From assembly GCA_002869385.1 (NCBI GenBank), contig PKTB01000002.1:3264-67263 (forward strand): 64,000 bases of DNA, written 5' to 3'. The notes under the pieces are model-generated. The model ran no database searches. It saw nothing but the letters and a program-made list of their open reading frames with translations, and was not told the origin of the DNA. The position numbers and the translations under genes are program-made. Source of the DNA: Marinilabiliales bacterium. Its GTDB lineage: Bacteria > Bacteroidota > Bacteroidia > Bacteroidales > ML635J-15. This document shows, in pieces, positions 10,382 through 20,284 of the stretch; the stretch's first letter is position 1; each line of letters begins with the position of its first letter.

Positions 10382-11023
10382 ATGAGAATTAGTTTATTGA
10401 TAATATTTTCAATCTTTTTTGTTTCCGCTATGATTGCACAGGAGGAAACAGTTTACTTTGGTAATGAAAATATTTTTGAAGATTCAATTAACGAAACATT
10501 ATCAAAGTCTCCTTTAAAAGATAATAATCGATTAAATGTCCGATTTAGTTCAGGAATGATGTATTCAAACTATTATGGTAATGGGCTTTTTACAGCTTAT
10601 GCTGCACCTGAACTAAACTATAAGCTAACAAATAGGTTCTCTGTTTCCGGAGGATTTATGATGACATCAACAACAGTTCCGTCTATTATGATGAATGAGT
10701 CTGCCTATCCTGATATGATGGAAAACAAAATGTTTAGCTATTATATGTTTGCAAAAGGAGAGTATATAGTTAACGATAAGTTACGTGTTAATGCAACAAC
10801 AGCATTTGATGTTAGCCCGGGGCAGACATATAACAGACTTGCTTTTGGATCTGTTGGTTTTGATTATAAAATTGGAGAAGATTCTTTTATAAGTGCGGAA
10901 TTTATAATTGATAATAGACCTTACAATCCGATGTTTCATCAAACTCCTTTTGGTGCATACGATAATAGTAGAATACGACCATATGGAAACTCACTATTTT
11001 CAGATCATTTTACTGAGTGGTAG
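10382..11023 (+). CDS. Hypothetical secreted / outer-membrane protein
   Basis: Signal peptide MRISLLIIFSIFFVSAMIAQ. Alternating-hydrophobicity segments suggest a beta-barrel. No recognised family. Confidence 0.4.
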   Translation: MRISLLIIFSIFFVSAMIAQEETVYFGNENIFEDSINETLSKSPLKDNNRLNVRFSSGMMYSNYYGNGLFTAYAAPELNYKLTNRFSVSGGFMMTSTTVPSIMMNESAYPDMMENKMFSYYMFAKGEYIVNDKLRVNATTAFDVSPGQTYNRLAFGSVGFDYKIGEDSFISAEFIIDNRPYNPMFHQTPFGAYDNSRIRPYGNSLFSDHFTEW

Positions 11024-12861
11024 AAAAATATTCAAATAATATTTCTTCGATTTTCCCAACAAATATTAAAGAACTCAAAAATTCTAATTGGGATTATGTT
11101 GATGTTATTCTTATTAGCGGTGATGCTTTTATAGATCACACCTCATTTGGAACTGCTGTGATTGCCCGTGTTTTACATGATGCCGGTTACAGAGTTGCAG
11201 TATTACCTCAGCCTAATTGGCAAGACGATCTACGGGATTTTAAAAAGTTTGGAAAACCCAGATTGTTTTTTGGTGTTAGTGCAGGAAATATGGATTCTAT
11301 GCTGAATCACTATACTGCCGGTAAAAGAAAACGTTCCGAGGATGCCTATTCGCCAGGTGGAGAACCAGGCAAGCGCCCCGATTATGCAACAATTGAATAT
11401 TCCAGGATTTTAAAAGGTTTATATCCTGATGTTCCACTTGTTATTGGAGGCGTAGAGGCATCAATGAGAAGGTTTGTTCATTATGATTATTGGAGCAATA
11501 AATTAATGCCTTCTGTATTGGAATCATCCGGTGCCGATTTGCTTGTTTATGGTATGGCTGAAAAGTCAATTCTTGAAATTGCTAATCGATTAAACGATGC
11601 TGGACAAATATATAATTGTTATGATATCAGACAGATTGCATATTTGAGCGATTTTGATGATGAAATTTCAAATGATATAGTTCTTAGTTCATATTCTGAA
11701 GTTTTATCTCATAAAAATAAGCATGGAGAAAATTTTGTTAAAATAGAGAAAGAATCGAATCTTGGTTCCAATTGTAGAATTATTCAGGATCAGAAGAAAA
11801 AAAGACTTATTGTTAATCCTGCATATGATGTTTTGACAGAAGCAGAAATAGATAGAATTTATTCATTACCATTTACAAGATTACCACATCCTAGATACAT
11901 TGGTAAAAAGCCCATACCTGCATATGAAATGATAAAGGATTCGGTTACAATGCACAGAGGCTGTTTTGGTGGATGTAGTTTTTGTACTATCTCTGCTCAT
12001 CAGGGTAAACTTGTAAGTTCACGGTCGGAAAAGTCTATCCTGAGCGAGTTGGATTACATCTCAAAAATGCCTGAATTCAAAGGTCACATTACTGATTTAG
12101 GTGGTCCTTCAGCTAATATGTATCAAATGAAGGGAATAAATCAGGATATATGTGACAAATGTGTACGTCCTTCCTGTATTTTTCCTTCAGTTTGTAAAAA
12201 TCTTGACACCTCACATAAACCACTTATTGATATCTACGAGAAAGCATCAAGAATTAGAGGAATTAAGAATATTAGCATTGGGAGTGGGGTTAGATATGAT
12301 CTGGCTATGCATCAGACAAACTCTCCTGAGGTCAATAGAATTAATCACAGATATCTTGAATTATTGATTTCCAAATATGTTTCAGGAAGACTTAAAGTTG
12401 CTCCGGAGCATAGTTCCTCAAAGGTTTTAAAAACAATGAGGAAAAACTCGTTTAACACATTCAGAAATTTTGAGAAACTATTCAGACAGGTTAACAAGAA
12501 GTTTGGATTAAATCAGCAATTAATCCCATATTTTATTTCAGGCCATCCATCGAGTACTGAAACTGATATGGCTGAATTGGCATTGGAGACAAAAGATATG
12601 GGCTTTAAACTTGAACAAGTACAAGCATTTACTCCAACACCAATGACTCTTGCAACAGTAATGTATTATACCGGTATTAATCCCTATACAGGTAAAAAAA
12701 TATTTGTTGCTCGAGATAAAACTGAAAAAGAAAATCAGTTGCAGTACTTCTTTTGGTATAAATCTGATATCAGAAAAAAAATATTAAACAATCTTAAAAA
12801 GTCTGGCAGAAAAGACCTTATTGACAGGTTTTACGGTAAAAAATCTGCAAAGAAGAGATAA
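11017..12861 (+). CDS. ygiQ: YgiQ family radical SAM protein (UPF0313)
   Basis: DVILISGDAFIDHTSFGTAVIARVL and the radical SAM cluster motif CFGGCSFCTI, with a basic C-terminal tail. The family-typical N-terminus (M-F-x-P-T) aligns to ATT-TTC-CCA-ACA at 11050, so the listed GTG start at 11017 may not be the true one. Confidence 0.85.
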   Translation: MVEKYSNNISSIFPTNIKELKNSNWDYVDVILISGDAFIDHTSFGTAVIARVLHDAGYRVAVLPQPNWQDDLRDFKKFGKPRLFFGVSAGNMDSMLNHYTAGKRKRSEDAYSPGGEPGKRPDYATIEYSRILKGLYPDVPLVIGGVEASMRRFVHYDYWSNKLMPSVLESSGADLLVYGMAEKSILEIANRLNDAGQIYNCYDIRQIAYLSDFDDEISNDIVLSSYSEVLSHKNKHGENFVKIEKESNLGSNCRIIQDQKKKRLIVNPAYDVLTEAEIDRIYSLPFTRLPHPRYIGKKPIPAYEMIKDSVTMHRGCFGGCSFCTISAHQGKLVSSRSEKSILSELDYISKMPEFKGHITDLGGPSANMYQMKGINQDICDKCVRPSCIFPSVCKNLDTSHKPLIDIYEKASRIRGIKNISIGSGVRYDLAMHQTNSPEVNRINHRYLELLISKYVSGRLKVAPEHSSSKVLKTMRKNSFNTFRNFEKLFRQVNKKFGLNQQLIPYFISGHPSSTETDMAELALETKDMGFKLEQVQAFTPTPMTLATVMYYTGINPYTGKKIFVARDKTEKENQLQYFFWYKSDIRKKILNNLKKSGRKDLIDRFYGKKSAKKR

Positions 12862-12906
12862 TTTATTAACTTTGCTAAAATCCTTAAAATTAGCAAATTA
12901 GATTAA

Positions 12907-13464
12907 ATGTTTGATAGTATTTATACTAAAGCTCTTCTGTTTTTAATTATTATATCTTTTTTTTCCTGTGTAGGAACAAAAATACATGATGACAGATTTC
13001 ATACGTTTACTTGCAAGTCTGAGTGGTCAGAAACAGAAATTGAAATATGTGAATCTACATCAACAATTATTGAAGGATCTGATTCGACAAAAATAATATT
13101 TAAGAAAACTAATTTACCTGGACAAGGGCAGGCTCAACCATTATTAAGAACAGTCTGGAGAAAACCGAAAAATAGGACTTATGTAGTCAGTGTACAGTTT
13201 TGTAACAAGCGAAATGATTTGTGTTTTGATATACTTCCCGATTCTGCAAAAACCGGACTCGTTGGACATGAGTTAGTTCATGTGCAGGATTACAAAAACA
13301 GAGGTTTCTTTAATATGCTTTGGATGGGGATTAAATACTCATTATGTAAAAAATACAGAACAAGAATTGAATATGTAACCGATTCAACTACTATAGCTAA
13401 TGGGATGGGATACGAAGTGTTGAATTTATTAAGGTTTGTTGAGAATTCAGGCTTAGCTTCTTAG
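12907..13464 (+). CDS. Hypothetical lipoprotein with an HExxH motif
   Basis: Lipobox FFSC. GHELVHVQDY is a zincin-like HExxH. No further family assignment. Confidence 0.4.
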   Translation: MFDSIYTKALLFLIIISFFSCVGTKIHDDRFHTFTCKSEWSETEIEICESTSTIIEGSDSTKIIFKKTNLPGQGQAQPLLRTVWRKPKNRTYVVSVQFCNKRNDLCFDILPDSAKTGLVGHELVHVQDYKNRGFFNMLWMGIKYSLCKKYRTRIEYVTDSTTIANGMGYEVLNLLRFVENSGLAS

Positions 13465-13755
13465 AAATATTTGAAAAGAAAAGAAAAATTTTACATGGAT
13501 ACTCTTGAAATTATTCGATTGATTGAGTTAACAGACTAAATTGTTAAAATTTCTTGTAAATGGCATACGTTTTAAAACTTGTATTAACTCTCATTAAATC
13601 AATAAAATGTTATGATTATTATCATGTTTTTAACTAATGGTTTTGATAAAAAAGTGACTTTTTGAGTATCAACCTATTAAAATATCGCTATTTTTGAAAT
13701 AATTTAAAACAAACAGGGGTTTATTAATATATATAAATATTAATAAATACTTATT

Positions 13756-14397
13756 ATGAAAAGTGCCGCGACGAAAATAGTTTTGATTTTACTAGTAGTT
13801 ATTGGATCAACATATGCAGGTATGTCCCAGTCAACTATACAATTCAAGCTTGCAATGCTTGGAGTTCATCCTTTTGATGAAAAAAATAGCCAATTGTTTG
13901 AGAATAAGATAGATGCAAATGGAGTATTTATTACCGAGCCTGCAATTATTGTTGGTTATGAGAGCTTTTTACTTGCCGATGTTTTTGCATGGAGAGGAAT
14001 GTTTGGTTTTGTAATCGATGCTGCATCTAAACCGGCTATTGTTTTGCATCTTGGAGTAAAACAAAGATTGGTTCAAATTTGGAGAAACTCAATTAGTATT
14101 GGTGTCGGTGGGAATTTGTACGGTCGAGATTCCTGGTCAACTATACCCGGTTATGTTCAGGATAATTCATGGAATGCTAATGGTGACTGGGAGTACAAAT
14201 GGGGGATTATGGCAGAACTTGAATATGCACTTTTCCTAAATGATAATAACGATATTACATTGTACGTTTTATACGGTCATCAACCAAATACATTTACTTT
14301 TACTGTAGGATATAAATATTGGTTCTCTTCAATAATCAAGCATCCTAGGAAGTGTGGCTCATGTCCGTTCCAAAAAGAAGGTAAGTGGAATCCCTAG
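13756..14397 (+). CDS. Hypothetical secreted / outer-membrane protein
   Basis: Signal peptide and an aromatic-rich, beta-strand-like sequence. No family recognised. Confidence 0.35.
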   Translation: MKSAATKIVLILLVVIGSTYAGMSQSTIQFKLAMLGVHPFDEKNSQLFENKIDANGVFITEPAIIVGYESFLLADVFAWRGMFGFVIDAASKPAIVLHLGVKQRLVQIWRNSISIGVGGNLYGRDSWSTIPGYVQDNSWNANGDWEYKWGIMAELEYALFLNDNNDITLYVLYGHQPNTFTFTVGYKYWFSSIIKHPRKCGSCPFQKEGKWNP

Positions 14398-14418
14398 TAT
14401 CAACTAAAAAATATTTTT

Positions 14419-16302
14419 ATGGAAATTAAACGTGTATTTGATATTTTAGAGTTATACAAGAATGATTATTCTGAACTAACAGACGCATTTTCATATAAAG
14501 ACAAAGGAGACTGGGTTAATTTCTCAGCTCAGGACTATTACAAATACTCTCATTTATTTGCTTGTGGGCTAATCAATTTGGGATTTAAAAAAGGCGAAAA
14601 GATTGTTACTATGTCACAAAGTCTTCCACATTGGAATATCGCAGACATGGGAATATCTCTTGCTGGTATGGTTCATATTCCAATATATACAACTCTAGGT
14701 CCTCAGGAGTTAGATTATATTCTCAGACATAGCGAAGCACGTATTATTATTGTATCAGATGCTGGATTATACAAAAAACTTAAACCGGTTGCTGATAAGA
14801 TAGATGCTATTGAACAAATTTATACCTTCCATCATATCGAGGGAATAACAAACTGGGTTAGTGTAATTCAGGATGCTCAGGAAAAAGAATCTGTATTAAT
14901 GGCTGAGCTTGAAAAGAGAAAACAAGAAATTCAAGAGGATGACCTGCATACTATTATTTATACTTCAGGAACAACAGGCAACCCAAAGGGTGTAATGATA
15001 TCGCACAAGAATATAATGAGTAATGCTCTGGCTGTTCGTGATATAATACCAATTGATCATGGACAAAAGGCTTTAAGCTTTTTGCCTTTATGCCATATTT
15101 ATGAGCGAATGCTTAATTATGCGTTTCAAATAAAAGGAATCTCTGTATATTATGCAGAGAGCTTGGGTACAATAGTAAACGATTTGAAAGATATTAAACC
15201 TCATTTATTTAATTCAGTTCCTAGATTGTTAGAAAAATTCTACGACAGAATAATGTCGATTGGTAAAGATCTGAAAGGTATTAAAAGATGGATCTTTTTC
15301 TGGGCAGTTCGACTTGGTACAAAATATAGTGAGAATGGTAAAAATAGCGGTTTTTATAATTTGAAACTATCAATAGCTAGGAAACTTGTCTTTAAGAAAT
15401 GGATTGTTGCTTTTGGTGGAAATATAGTTGCTGTAGTTTCCGGTGGTGCAAGTTTGCAAGTTAGATTAGCAAAGTTGTATACTGCAGCAGGTATTAGAAT
15501 TTGTGAAGGTTACGGGCTAAGTGAAACTTCACCTGTTTTATCTGTTAATCCAATGGATTGGGAAAATGCAAGATTAGGAACAGTGGGGCCAATTATTGAT
15601 GGTGTAACAATCAAAATTGCAGAAGATGGTGAGATTTTGGCTAAAGGACCAAATGTTATGATGGGGTATTATAAAGACCCTGAAACTACAAAAACTGTTA
15701 TTGACGAAGACGGATGGTTCCACACTGGTGATATTGGCGAGTTTGTTGAAGACAAATATTTAAAGATTACAGATCGTAAGAAAGAAATATTTAAAACATC
15801 TAGCGGTAAATATATTGCACCGCAGGTAATTGAAAATAAATTTAAATCTTCAAGTATTATTGAGCAGTTAATGATAGTTGGAGAGAATGAAAAATTTGTT
15901 AGTGCACTTATTTCACCTAACTTTAATTACCTGCACCGTTTTGCATCTAAACATAAGATAAGATACCGTGATAATGCTGAGTTGATTACTTTCCCAGAGA
16001 TTATCAAAAAAGTGCAGAAAGAAATTGATAGTGTTAATGAAACTCTTGGTGAGCACGAAAAGATTAAGCGTTTTAGATTAGTTTGTGAAGAGTGGTCGCA
16101 ACAAACAGGAGAGTTATCACCAACATTAAAGTTAAGAAGAAATAAAATTTATACTAAATATGACAATATTTTAACTGAAATATACGGACATGGGGCTGAT
16201 AAAACCGAAGATATGGGTAAGGATAAAGAAAGCACAAGTATTGAATCCCGTATTACTAATGGTATGAGAAAATTAATGAATATAAAGTCCGACAAAGATT
16301 AG
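14419..16302 (+). CDS. Long-chain fatty acid-CoA ligase (AMP-binding superfamily)
   Basis: Motifs IIYTSGTTGNPKGVMISH, EGYGLSETSP, TGDIGEF and ITDRKKEIFKTSSGKYIAPQ. Confidence 0.9.
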   Translation: MEIKRVFDILELYKNDYSELTDAFSYKDKGDWVNFSAQDYYKYSHLFACGLINLGFKKGEKIVTMSQSLPHWNIADMGISLAGMVHIPIYTTLGPQELDYILRHSEARIIIVSDAGLYKKLKPVADKIDAIEQIYTFHHIEGITNWVSVIQDAQEKESVLMAELEKRKQEIQEDDLHTIIYTSGTTGNPKGVMISHKNIMSNALAVRDIIPIDHGQKALSFLPLCHIYERMLNYAFQIKGISVYYAESLGTIVNDLKDIKPHLFNSVPRLLEKFYDRIMSIGKDLKGIKRWIFFWAVRLGTKYSENGKNSGFYNLKLSIARKLVFKKWIVAFGGNIVAVVSGGASLQVRLAKLYTAAGIRICEGYGLSETSPVLSVNPMDWENARLGTVGPIIDGVTIKIAEDGEILAKGPNVMMGYYKDPETTKTVIDEDGWFHTGDIGEFVEDKYLKITDRKKEIFKTSSGKYIAPQVIENKFKSSSIIEQLMIVGENEKFVSALISPNFNYLHRFASKHKIRYRDNAELITFPEIIKKVQKEIDSVNETLGEHEKIKRFRLVCEEWSQQTGELSPTLKLRRNKIYTKYDNILTEIYGHGADKTEDMGKDKESTSIESRITNGMRKLMNIKSDKD

Positions 16303-16312
16303 TAGTATTTGT

Positions 16313-17119
16313 ATGGATAATATCATTAAGAATAAAATTTCTGGTTATGTTAAGATAGAAGCAAAAAACATTTACTACGAAATAATTAATTCTGAGCAGC
16401 TTAACTCTACAGATAAGCTGCTCATATTTTTGCACGAAGGATTAGGTTCTGTTGCTCAGTGGAAAGATTTTCCTGTTTTAATTTCAAATTAATTAAAAAT
16501 ACCCGCATTAGTCTATGATAGGTTTGGTTATGGAAAGTCATCAAAATTAAAAAATGAGCGTAATGAAACTTATCTCGAAAAAGAAGCTAAGGAAGACTTA
16601 CCTATTTTATTGATAAAACTTGGATTTCATGACAGGAATAAAATTCTGATTGGTCATAGCGATGGAGGGTCAATAGCATTAATATATGCATCTCAATTTC
16701 CTGAAAGAACTTATGCTGTTATTACTGAAGCAGCTCATACTTTTGTAGAACATCATACTATTAAAGGTGTTAAACCTGTTGCTGATTTGTTTGAAAACGG
16801 TGGGTTAAAAGAGAAATTGACAAAATATCATGGTGAAAATACTGAATCAATGTTTTATGGCTGGTATAATGTATGGTCCAGTAAAAAGTTTAGTAAATGG
16901 AATATCGAATCATATCTCTCAAAAATAAAATGTTATGTTTTAGCAATTCAGGGAAAGGATGATGAATACGGGACGTTTAAACAACTAGAATCCATACAAA
17001 CGCATATTGGTAATAATCGTATTAAAATACTTTTTATTGATAATTGTGCTCATACACCTCACGTTCATTTTAAAGAATATGTTAGTGAAATGATGATAAA
17101 ATTTATCAAGGATTTATAA
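16313..17119 (+). pseudogene. Alpha/beta hydrolase; in-frame TAA at 16490..16492
   Basis: The ATG at 16313 gives MDNIIKNK...LLIFLHEGLGSVAQWKDFPVLISN*LKIPALVYDRFGYGKS, which runs in frame into ORF 16610..17119 with the nucleophile elbow GHSDGG. Confidence 0.8.
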
Positions 17120-17139
17120 AAAAATCATGAGAAAAATCA

Positions 17140-17147
17140 TATCTTTG
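17140..17147 (+). promoter_or_regulatory. Candidate -7 promoter box TATCTTTG upstream of the acyl-CoA dehydrogenase gene
   Basis: Exact TAnnTTTG match, 40 nt before the ATG at 17187. Confidence 0.4.
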
Positions 17148-17186
17148 GTGCTCAAACAGACAATACTAACTTAAAATCTTTAAATT

Positions 17187-18329
17187 ATGAACTTTGAGTT
17201 TACCGAAGAACAATTGATGATTAAACAAGCTGCTCGTGATTTTGCAGTCAGAGAATTGTTACCAGATGTATTAGAAAGAGATGCAGAAGCAAAATTCCCA
17301 CATCGTCAGATGAAAATGTTGGCAGAGCTAGGATTCTTTGGAATTTTAGTTGACCCAAAATACGGTGGTGGAGGTATGGACTCAGTTTCATACGTATTAG
17401 CATTGGAAGAGATTGCAAAAATTGACGCATCAGCTGCAGTTATCTTAGCAGTACATAACTCTTTGGTTACTTACGGTATTGAGACATACGGAAATGAAGA
17501 GCAAAAGCAAAAGTTCTTACCTGATTTAGCTTCAGGAAATAAAATAGGAGCATTCTTACTGTCAGAACCAGAAGCAGGGTCTGATGCAACTTCACAAAAA
17601 ACTACTGCTGAGGATAAAGGTGATTACTACCTTCTGAATGGTACAAAAAACTGGATTACTAGTGCCGATAATGCAGGAACATATCTTGTAATGGCACAAA
17701 CAGACCCAGAGAAGAAACATAAAGGAATAAATGCTTTTATAGTTGATCGAAACAGCGAAGGAATCTCTTTAGGCCCACATGAAGATAAAATGGGAATGCG
17801 TTCGTCTGATACTCATTCTGTAATGTTTACAGATGTTAAAGTGCCTAAAGAAAATCGTATTGGTGAAGATGGTTTTGGTTTTAAATTCGCAATGAAACTT
17901 TTAGATGGTGGACGTATAGGTATTGCTGCTCAAGCTATAGGTATTGCCGGAGGTGCTTTTGACCGCGCATTAGCATATTATAAAGAGCGTAAAGCATTTG
18001 GAACAGAAATTAGTAATCATCAGGCTATCGCTTTCAAACTTGCTGATATGGCAGTCAAACTTGAAAATGGTAGAAACCTGATTTACAAGTGTGCATGGTT
18101 AAAAGATAAACATAAAGACTATAGTGTTCTTAGTGCTATGGCTAAACAATATTGTGCTGATTCAGCAATGGAAATAACTACTGAAGCTGTGCAAATACAT
18201 GGTGGTTATGGTTATGTTAAGGAGTACCATGTTGAGCGTCTGATGCGTGAAGCCAAAGTAACTCAGATATATGAAGGTACCTCCGAAATCCAAAAAATTG
18301 TTATTTCAAGGACAATTTTGAAAGATTAA
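17187..18329 (+). CDS. Short/medium-chain acyl-CoA dehydrogenase (butyryl-CoA dehydrogenase-like)
   Basis: 380 aa. Motifs SEPEAGSD, KMGMRSSDT, LDGGRIGIAAQA and IYEGTSEIQ. Confidence 0.9.
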   Translation: MNFEFTEEQLMIKQAARDFAVRELLPDVLERDAEAKFPHRQMKMLAELGFFGILVDPKYGGGGMDSVSYVLALEEIAKIDASAAVILAVHNSLVTYGIETYGNEEQKQKFLPDLASGNKIGAFLLSEPEAGSDATSQKTTAEDKGDYYLLNGTKNWITSADNAGTYLVMAQTDPEKKHKGINAFIVDRNSEGISLGPHEDKMGMRSSDTHSVMFTDVKVPKENRIGEDGFGFKFAMKLLDGGRIGIAAQAIGIAGGAFDRALAYYKERKAFGTEISNHQAIAFKLADMAVKLENGRNLIYKCAWLKDKHKDYSVLSAMAKQYCADSAMEITTEAVQIHGGYGYVKEYHVERLMREAKVTQIYEGTSEIQKIVISRTILKD

Positions 18330-18332
18330 AAC

Positions 18333-18340
18333 TATATTTG
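18333..18340 (+). promoter_or_regulatory. Candidate -7 promoter box TATATTTG upstream of etfB
   Basis: Exact TAnnTTTG match, 42 nt before the ATG at 18382. Confidence 0.4.
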
Positions 18341-18381
18341 CGGCTTAATTAGAAATAATATAATTAAATATAATCTAAATT

Positions 18382-19131
18382 ATGAAAGTACTAGTTTGTA
18401 TTGGAAACGTTCCTGACACAACCACTAAAATTAGGTTTGATGCTGAGATGAAAAATCTTGACACAAACGGAGTACAGTGGGTTATTAATCCTTGGGACGA
18501 ATTAGCTCTTACAAGAGCACTCGAAATTAAAGAAAAATCAGGTGGAAAAATTTAAAAAGTATCTGTTGTAAACGTTGGAGGTGCTGGTTCAGAACCAACA
18601 ATCAGAAAAGCTTTGGCTATTGGTGCTGATGATGCATTAAGAGTTGATGCAGAACCAACAGATTCATATTTTATTGCTGCTCAAATCGCTGAAGTGGCAA
18701 AAAACGAAGGATACGATATTATATTTGCCGGCCTAGAATCAAGTGATTTTAATAGCGGTATTGTTGGTACAATGGTAGCAGAATTTATGGATATACCATC
18801 AGTATCTGCAGTTTCATCATTTGACTTTAATGACGGAGCATTTTCAATAACTCGCGAAATTGACGGTGGTAAAGAATCTATTTCTATTGAACCTCCTTTT
18901 ACAATTGTTGTGCAAAAAGGTATTTGTATCAATCCTCGTATTCCTGCAATGAGAGGAATTATGATGGCAAGATCAAAGCCGATTAAAGTTTCACAACCTG
19001 TAGAAACAGAAGCATTAGTTGAAGCAACTACATTTGAAGTGCCACCTGCTAAAGCAGAATGTAAAATGGTTGATCCTGAGAATACAGATAATTTAATTGA
19101 CTTACTTCACGGAGAAGCAAAAGTTATCTAA
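18382..19131 (+). pseudogene. etfB: Electron transfer flavoprotein beta subunit; in-frame TAA at 18553..18555
   Basis: MKVLVCIGNVPDTTTKIRF...VINPWDELALTRALEIKEKSGGKI*KVSVVNVGGAGSEPTIRKALAIGADDALRV is contiguous in one frame with ORF 18613..19131. Confidence 0.9.
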
Positions 19132-19164
19132 GATTTTATTGATTAAAAATTAAAAAATATTGTT

Positions 19165-20130
19165 ATGTCAATTATAGTTTTTTCAGAAAATAGAAATGGT
19201 AAAGTAAAAAAGCAGTCATTAGAAACTGTAGCTTACGCAAAAAACATTTATAATAATATATCTGCACCTGTAGTAGCTGTTTCTATTGGTGATGTTTCAA
19301 ATGATGAACTTGCAGTTTTAGCTGAATATGGAGCCGATAAAATTATCGCTGTAAATAATGCAGATTGGAACACTCACGATACTAAAGCTTACGCCAAACT
19401 TATGCAGGAAATTGCAGAAAAAGAAAGCGCAAATGTTTTTGTATTTAGTCATACAAGCATGGGAAAAGCAATTGCTCCACGTTTATCCGTTAAATTAAAA
19501 GCAGGTTTAGTTTCAAATATTGTAGCTCTTCCTCTAGCATATTCACCAATGGTTTTCAAAAGAAAAACATATAATGGTGGAGCTTTCCAGCAAATGACAG
19601 TTAAGTCAGAGAAATGTGTTATTACTTTAAATCCAAATTCATGCGATATTGTTAAGAACGAAGTTGCAGTAAATATTGAAGAGTATACACCTACTGCTGC
19701 TGAGTTTGCTACTAAAGTTGAAAGCCAGGATTTAATAACAGGAAAAATATTATTAACAGAAGCAAGTATAGTTGTTTCTGGTGGTAGAGGACTTAAATCA
19801 GGTGATAACTGGGGTATGATTGAAGAGTTAGCTTCTGAGCTGGAAGCAGGTTTAGCTTGTTCTCGTCCGGTTTCTGACGAAGGTTGGAGAGGCCACGAAG
19901 AGCACGTAGGTCAGACAGGTAAAATTATTGCCCCTGATTTATATGTAGCTGTTGGTATCTACGGTGCTATCCAGCATATTGGTGGAGTGTCAGGATCTAA
20001 AGTTATAGTTGCAATTGATAAAGACAAAGATGCACCTATCTTTAAATATGCCGATTACGGTATTGTTGGTGATGCTTTTGATGTTGTACCTAGACTAATT
20101 GAATCTGTAAAGAAGTTTAAAGCTTCTTAG
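19165..20130 (+). CDS. etfA: Electron transfer flavoprotein alpha subunit
   Basis: 321 aa. Motifs SGGRGLKS, LACSRPVSDEGW and LYVAVGIYGAIQHIGG. Tyr sits where the family motif GISGAIQH has Ser. Confidence 0.9.
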   Translation: MSIIVFSENRNGKVKKQSLETVAYAKNIYNNISAPVVAVSIGDVSNDELAVLAEYGADKIIAVNNADWNTHDTKAYAKLMQEIAEKESANVFVFSHTSMGKAIAPRLSVKLKAGLVSNIVALPLAYSPMVFKRKTYNGGAFQQMTVKSEKCVITLNPNSCDIVKNEVAVNIEEYTPTAAEFATKVESQDLITGKILLTEASIVVSGGRGLKSGDNWGMIEELASELEAGLACSRPVSDEGWRGHEEHVGQTGKIIAPDLYVAVGIYGAIQHIGGVSGSKVIVAIDKDKDAPIFKYADYGIVGDAFDVVPRLIESVKKFKAS

Positions 20131-20150
20131 AAAAATATTAATTTATAATA

Positions 20151-20186
20151 AAACGCCCTCTAATTTTTAGAAGGGCGTTTTTATTT
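20151..20186 (+). terminator. Rho-independent terminator after etfA
   Basis: 9-bp stem AAACGCCCT (20151-20159) / AGGGCGTTT (20172-20180) followed by a T-rich run. Confidence 0.75.
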
Positions 20187-20247
20187 CTCCATATTGGGCT
20201 GTTAATATTAATTGGTAATTTTCGTTTGGTATTTTATCCCATAGTTG

Positions 20248-20255
20248 TACATTTG
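20248..20255 (+). promoter_or_regulatory. Candidate -7 promoter box TACATTTG upstream of the Fe-S oxidoreductase genes
   Basis: Exact TAnnTTTG match, 30 nt before the ATG at 20285. Confidence 0.4.
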
Positions 20256-20284
20256 CGGCTGATTAAAACTAAAAAACTAAAGAA

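Noticed and set aside
13462-13539. A possible 21st in-frame stop (TAG 13462-13464), with the frame staying open for 24 more codons (KYLKRKEKFYMDTLEIIRLIELTD)
   Set aside because: There is no family model to show that the extension is homologous. A 24-codon open stretch can arise by chance even in AT-rich DNA, so this is left unresolved.
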